Positions 26,058 through 30,440 of a stretch of 30,440 nt of DNA are shown one piece after another. The stretch covers positions 1 to 30,440 of the forward strand of contig JAUQYZ020000165.1 of NCBI GenBank assembly GCA_030587475.2. Reading direction: 5' to 3'. The notes beneath the pieces are model-generated. The model was not told where the DNA came from, ran no database searches, and saw only the letters and a program-made list of their open reading frames with translations. Within the stretch, counting starts at the first letter, position 1. Each line of letters opens with the position of its first letter. The DNA comes from Candidatus Sigynarchaeum calidifontis (GTDB lineage Archaea; Asgardarchaeota; Lokiarchaeia; Sigyniarchaeales; Sigyniarchaeaceae). Position numbers and translations under genes: made by a program.

Positions 26058-26534
26058 ATGATATTTATCGACACGCAACTCTGGATCTATGCCCAGAAGG
26101 AGCCAGATCCGAACCGATTCCCTACCAAAGTCGAATACGAGCGAATGCTCGGTTTTCACCAGAAAGCAGATTCATTCTTGCAACGACAAGTAAAACAGAG
26201 CGTGATAGCCATGACCTATCACCAGCTGGCCGAGATCTACCATGACCTCGCGTTTCAAGGGCAACGGATAGATAATGACTTCTGCGCTCAATTTTGCAGC
26301 ACCATGCTGAGGAGCAGGTTTATGAAGTGGTTTCCGATGACTGAAACACACATTCAGGAAAGTCTTCGATTGAGCACGAAATCAGGCATCCATGTCTGGG
26401 ATTATCTTTGCATCCTACCGGTCATCCAGAACGTGGATGTCTTGTACACGTGCGACAGTCACTTTCAACACGAGACGTTTACGAGTTTCCAGCGACCTAT
26501 TCACAATCCGGTAGGAGAATGGATCGCGATCTAA
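26058..26534 (+). CDS. PIN-domain (VapC-like) toxin
   Basis: MIFIDTQLWIY (first Asp), LAEIY (Glu), IHVWD (Asp), LYTCDSHF (T-x-D) and IHNP. Alternative GTG start at 26028 overlaps the antitoxin stop. Confidence 0.85.
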   Translation: MIFIDTQLWIYAQKEPDPNRFPTKVEYERMLGFHQKADSFLQRQVKQSVIAMTYHQLAEIYHDLAFQGQRIDNDFCAQFCSTMLRSRFMKWFPMTETHIQESLRLSTKSGIHVWDYLCILPVIQNVDVLYTCDSHFQHETFTSFQRPIHNPVGEWIAI

Positions 26535-26538
26535 ATTT

Positions 26539-26592
26539 CGATTTTACACAAATCGTGATTTAATAAGACTCATAAGTATGAACAAGTATGAA
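26539..26592 (+). promoter_or_regulatory. Promoter/operator of the abrB-like gene
   Basis: CGATTT-N5-AAATCG (26539-26555), TATA-like TTTAATAA (26559-26566), TCATA-AG-TATGA (26570-26581), and direct repeat AAGTATGAA x2 at a 10-bp period (26574, 26584) overlapping the ATG. Confidence 0.55.
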
Positions 26593-26857
26593 TTCACGGT
26601 CAGAACAAGCGAGAAACGTGATCATACACCGCAAGATCGGCCCGCGGGGGCAAATCGTCCTGCCCAAGGATGCCCGCGAGTACCTGGGCTTGAAAGTCGG
26701 GGACGAGATCTGCATCGAAATCGAGGGTAATGCCATTAAAATTAGCCCGGCAAGCGCCCGAGATGATTTCTTGAAGAAATTCCTGGAGACCCCGAAAAAA
26801 CTTCACGAGCGGATCGACATCCAGAAGGCTATAGACGAGCAATACCAGCGTGATTGA
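26588..26857 (+). CDS. AbrB/MazE/SpoVT-family DNA-binding protein
   Basis: RKIGPRGQIVLPKDAREYLGLKVGDEI. Confidence 0.9.
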   Translation: MNSRSEQARNVIIHRKIGPRGQIVLPKDAREYLGLKVGDEICIEIEGNAIKISPASARDDFLKKFLETPKKLHERIDIQKAIDEQYQRD

Positions 26858-26962
26858 TCCAATCGAGTGGTCAAGTCGCTTGTTAACTTGTTAATTTCTC
26901 CATGTTTATTACCGCGAAAAGGGGGAAGATCTCAAGACAACATCTGGCGGGATCGATCGACC

Positions 26963-27472
26963 ATGAGCATGACGTTCATCGTGGACGGGGTGGAAAAGCG
27001 AAAAACAAAGGCGGGCGCCGACTACCTGGCGCTAAAAATCGGGGACAAAACAGTTTCATTCTTTGATGCATCCGATGTCGCGGTACCGGTGAAGGCAGGC
27101 GATGCTATCACGTGCAATCTCAAGCAGGTGCGCAATTTCTGGAACGGGAAGAACTTGCGGGTCGTCGACGCGAAGACGGCGGTCGTGACGCCGTTCCCCG
27201 GGGACGCCGCTGCCTCCACACCCACGGCCACCACGCCCGCGGCAAGCACGGTCGTGATGGAGCCAACCCAACCGGGCGAAAGCAGCCAGGTGATCAAGGC
27301 AGGATCAAGAACATACGCCGTCGACGTGAAAATTGGTAAAAATGGCCAGAAATACATGACCATCACGGAATCTGGTGGCAAAGATGGAGAGACCCATCGC
27401 ATCATGGTGTTCGCGGATCACGTCGATGATTTCGTCGACGCCGTCGAGAAAGCGAGGAAAGCCATGAAATAA
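26963..27472 (+). CDS. OB-fold + PUR (DUF3276/Pur-alpha-like) single-stranded nucleic-acid-binding protein
   Basis: N-part KRKTKAGADYLALKIGDKT...FD...KAGDAI is OB-like, followed by an Ala/Thr/Pro linker. C-part SQVIKAGSRTYAVDVK...KYMTITES...HRIMVF..HVDDFVDAV matches the PUR repeat. Start reassigned to 26963. Confidence 0.72.
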   Translation: MSMTFIVDGVEKRKTKAGADYLALKIGDKTVSFFDASDVAVPVKAGDAITCNLKQVRNFWNGKNLRVVDAKTAVVTPFPGDAAASTPTATTPAASTVVMEPTQPGESSQVIKAGSRTYAVDVKIGKNGQKYMTITESGGKDGETHRIMVFADHVDDFVDAVEKARKAMK

Positions 27473-27619
27473 GGCTGCTGTTCGATCCAAGACGACGACG
27501 CCCACTCGATTCTTATGCCATTTTTCCCGTCGATTAATTGCATGTTAGCTCATTCGGATCTCTTGGAGACCTTAAAACCAAGGTAGGGACACCCAGGGAT
27601 CTCCGCGAGGCAGAAACGA

Positions 27620-30440
27620 ATGGCAACGCCCTTCGATAATATCGATGCGCTGAAATCCTTTCTACAAAGCAAAGGTGTTACTTGCATCGACGACATATCG
27701 GAACCAGAATTCAAGGGATTGACCGCCCATGTCGATGCTTTTGGAAGCACCGTGCATTTTATCTTCCATGATACCTTTTCCAAGAAAATGAAAAGATACA
27801 TCCCGAATCTCGTGCGCGTGAGTTTTGAGGGAACGTTATACGTTTATAAAGAAAACGACGAGACGGTTTACAAGAAATTTAATATTGCTTCGTCCAGATG
27901 CCTGGCACAGTTCCTTTCGAATTTCACGTATGAAGGAGAACGGCGCTCTGGCCATTTGAGCGCGCTGTATAATTTGGAGGATCTCCGTGCCCGGTACTAT
28001 GTCCAGTATCTGGAAATTGCAGAATCACTGATCTCGCGCCTCGCGAGCAAATTGACTACCACGCGGAAACAAGAAATCGAGGAATTCGTGCACGTCGTTC
28101 TCGAACGTATTATGTTTCTAGCGTTCTTGGAGAAAATCAATGGTTTCCCGCAAGAAGTGCTAATATTTCAGCCTTATTTGCCAGGAAACTATTATGAACT
28201 TGTACTAGTCCCCGTCATGTTCTGGTTCCGCGAACCCCACGTTATCGGCACGAATTTACTCGTGAACGGGAAAGACTATGGAGGGATGTTCAAGCTCCTT
28301 CCTTTCTTGAATACAAGTCTCTTCCGGGAGGTCGCTTTCGAAAGGGTGCACGTCACGCCGTGGATTCAATACGACGCCACGAAAGGAAACCTGAGCGTTC
28401 ACCTCCCCGCCGAAATTATATCGAACGAGGACATGACTGAATTGTTCATACTTGCTGGAAAAAATGGCAGCGCTTCAATACCACGATTTTCATTGGTTGC
28501 CGGGGAAAATTCAACCGAGGAGGGCATTAATCCAGAGATTCTAGGTTACATCTTCGAACAAGGGCTGGATCGGAACGCGTTTGGCGCGTTCTACACGCCC
28601 CGGGGGGTAACCTCTCGAATGGTGAAGACGAGCCTCATGAACTGGCTCTGGCAATGGCTTCCCGCGGACGTGCAATGCAAGCTCGTGGAGCTCTCCAGCA
28701 CCACTTCACGGCGGCTCCAAGCCGATTATCCCCCCGGTGCGGATCTCCAAGCCGCTTGCGCCGAGAAGCTGGAACGCGCGATATACAATCAAGACGAGGT
28801 GCCGAAAGATCTCGCCGACGCCGTGAAACGCGTTGTCTTGGAAAAAATAAAGAATGTAAAGGTTATCGACACGTCATGTGGTTCCGGGGCATTTCTCCTG
28901 GCTATGTTCAACGAGTTAATGGCACTATACATGAATTGTAGCCCGTCCATCCCGAGCAAGAAAGCCATGTACGATCAAGCGATTTCCATTATCGTCAACA
29001 ACTTGTTCGGCGTGGACATCCTAGCCGAGGCCACGGAAAAAGCGATCACGCGACTCTGGCTCGCGGCCACAGAAAAATGTCCCGATATCAAGGATCTCAA
29101 GCCTTTTCAGGACCTAGATTTCAAGATCTACAAGGGAAACGCGATCATCGGATATGCAAACCGCCCCCTTGCCCAGCACACCCTGGCTGTCGCTCCCCTG
29201 GTACACGACGTGCATCCCCCGTTAATGAATAATTGCACCAGGAACATGATGATCGACAAGGATCTCCGTGAATACAATGCCAGGTTCAATGATGCAATCT
29301 ATCAGCTCGTCATCGCCAAGAGAAAAGCGGTTTTCGATTCGATCAAGCAATCATTCATAGATAGCTGTCAAACCGGGGATAATGTAGCTGCGAAACGAAT
29401 TTTATCGAAAATTCGCAGTAACCCGGCAGAGAACATCGGGCATTTGCTGACCCCGGTGGAGATGGATCTGGTTTTCGAACGTGTCAAGATACCGTTCAAG
29501 TTTTCCGACCCGTATGGGCACCTCTCGCCGTTGGAAAAGAAACGGATGCTCGGCATCAAATACAAGAACCACGATGTCGATCCTGTCATCCTCAGGTGTT
29601 TCGAATGGATGAACCCGTTCCATTGGGCATCCTTCTTCGATGCCAACGTGTTCCCGGCGGCCAAGTTCGATATCCTTATCGGCAATCCCCCCTACGAGGG
29701 TGCCCGTAAGGAATCCACGCGTGACGCCGCGATGCCAATCTGGAATCGGCTGCAGCGGCTGTTCATCATCGGCCTTCAAGAACAAGGTATTTACAAGCGG
29801 ATCACGGGCGCGTGGGACTTGTGCATGCCGTTCGTCGAGAGGGCATTCGATCTCGTGAATGAAAGCGGCGTGATTTCATTGCTCTTGCCGAAATCCTTTG
29901 GCACGACCGAGTACACCAACATGCTACGGGAGCACATCTCCAACCAGCACTTGATGATCCAGATAACCAAGTTCGACCCGAAAGTTTCCTTGTTCCACCG
30001 GTTCGACAGCGCGACACGGCGGATGGTGCACGTCGGCATCCAGAACATCATCTTCACCATGCGGAATCGCCCGATCGAGGACAAGCGCCACGCCGTCATC
30101 GAATACTTTACAGATGATCTCGATGACCGGGCACGAGACACACCAGAAATCCGAACCGATTACGAATTGCAATGCCACCCCTTTGCAAAAGACAAGCTAG
30201 ATGGTATACCACTAAAATTCCTGTGCTGTATCGTCAAGGGAATGCAAGTTACCACCAAGGCGGATGATGCAAGGTTCCGGCGAGCTTTCACGCGTGATGA
30301 CATCGTCAGCGCGACCCGGGATGCTATTCACTCGATGCCATTGTATTCAACAAGACATGTTGCACCGTTCAACGTCGTCGGGAATGCATGGCTTGAATGG
30401 GGAACGGACCGGGTACCGGCACGGCTCCACCGGAAGCGGC
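27620..30440 (+). CDS. Large Eco57I/type IIG-like N6-adenine DNA methyltransferase (runs off right edge, >940 aa)
   Basis: Not in the ORF track. Manual translation from ATG 27620 is open to the end: ERIMFLAFLEK, LPFLNTSLF, INPEILGYIFE, GAFYTP, VIDTSCGSGAFL, NNLFGVDI, RLWL, IYKGNA, PFHW, FDILIGNPPY, DLCMPFVERA and WLEWGTDR. Confidence 0.9.
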   Translation, partial: MATPFDNIDALKSFLQSKGVTCIDDISEPEFKGLTAHVDAFGSTVHFIFHDTFSKKMKRYIPNLVRVSFEGTLYVYKENDETVYKKFNIASSRCLAQFLSNFTYEGERRSGHLSALYNLEDLRARYYVQYLEIAESLISRLASKLTTTRKQEIEEFVHVVLERIMFLAFLEKINGFPQEVLIFQPYLPGNYYELVLVPVMFWFREPHVIGTNLLVNGKDYGGMFKLLPFLNTSLFREVAFERVHVTPWIQYDATKGNLSVHLPAEIISNEDMTELFILAGKNGSASIPRFSLVAGENSTEEGINPEILGYIFEQGLDRNAFGAFYTPRGVTSRMVKTSLMNWLWQWLPADVQCKLVELSSTTSRRLQADYPPGADLQAACAEKLERAIYNQDEVPKDLADAVKRVVLEKIKNVKVIDTSCGSGAFLLAMFNELMALYMNCSPSIPSKKAMYDQAISIIVNNLFGVDILAEATEKAITRLWLAATEKCPDIKDLKPFQDLDFKIYKGNAIIGYANRPLAQHTLAVAPLVHDVHPPLMNNCTRNMMIDKDLREYNARFNDAIYQLVIAKRKAVFDSIKQSFIDSCQTGDNVAAKRILSKIRSNPAENIGHLLTPVEMDLVFERVKIPFKFSDPYGHLSPLEKKRMLGIKYKNHDVDPVILRCFEWMNPFHWASFFDANVFPAAKFDILIGNPPYEGARKESTRDAAMPIWNRLQRLFIIGLQEQGIYKRITGAWDLCMPFVERAFDLVNESGVISLLLPKSFGTTEYTNMLREHISNQHLMIQITKFDPKVSLFHRFDSATRRMVHVGIQNIIFTMRNRPIEDKRHAVIEYFTDDLDDRARDTPEIRTDYELQCHPFAKDKLDGIPLKFLCCIVKGMQVTTKADDARFRRAFTRDDIVSATRDAIHSMPLYSTRHVAPFNVVGNAWLEWGTDRVPARLHRKR

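Noticed and set aside
1-30440. Apparent abundance of TCGA/GATC/CGATCG as a methylation-target signature
   Set aside because: It could be explained by ATC/GTC-GAx codon pairs. It needs a codon-aware Markov test that I cannot run.

Overview
Archaeal chromosomal segment, most likely from a GC-rich Asgard archaeon (Lokiarchaeia-like). This is inferred from mch, a GAN-type DHH nuclease, archaemetzincin, a beta-CASP RNase, a eukaryote-like presenilin, two longin-like proteins, TATA boxes about 25-30 nt upstream of start codons and oligo-T terminators. 1-12 kb holds housekeeping and signature genes: GAN (partial), mch, presenilin, membrane CocE hydrolase, amzA, apt-mtnP, beta-CASP RNase, an orphan gene, and a divergent longin-wHTH / 7TM-longin pair. 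12-16 kb holds a divergent vWA / MoxR-type AAA+ pair plus a small Cys-rich DUF2934-like protein. 16.3-21.7 kb is a cluster of four DNA methyltransferases with no restriction endonuclease. Two (possibly three) end in PIP-box-like (PCNA-binding) tails, and one fuses a catalytically dead MTase domain to an intact one; this is the best candidate for an undescribed system. 21.7-25.6 kb holds three metallo-hydrolases. From 25.7 kb to the end is an accessory block: a VapBC-like TA pair with an operator palindrome, an orphan AbrB, an OB-fold/PUR fusion, and a large Eco57I-like MTase running off the right edge. The GAN and Eco57I-like genes are missing from the supplied ORF track and were translated by hand. 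All family calls come from motif reading and recalled sequences; no database searches were run.
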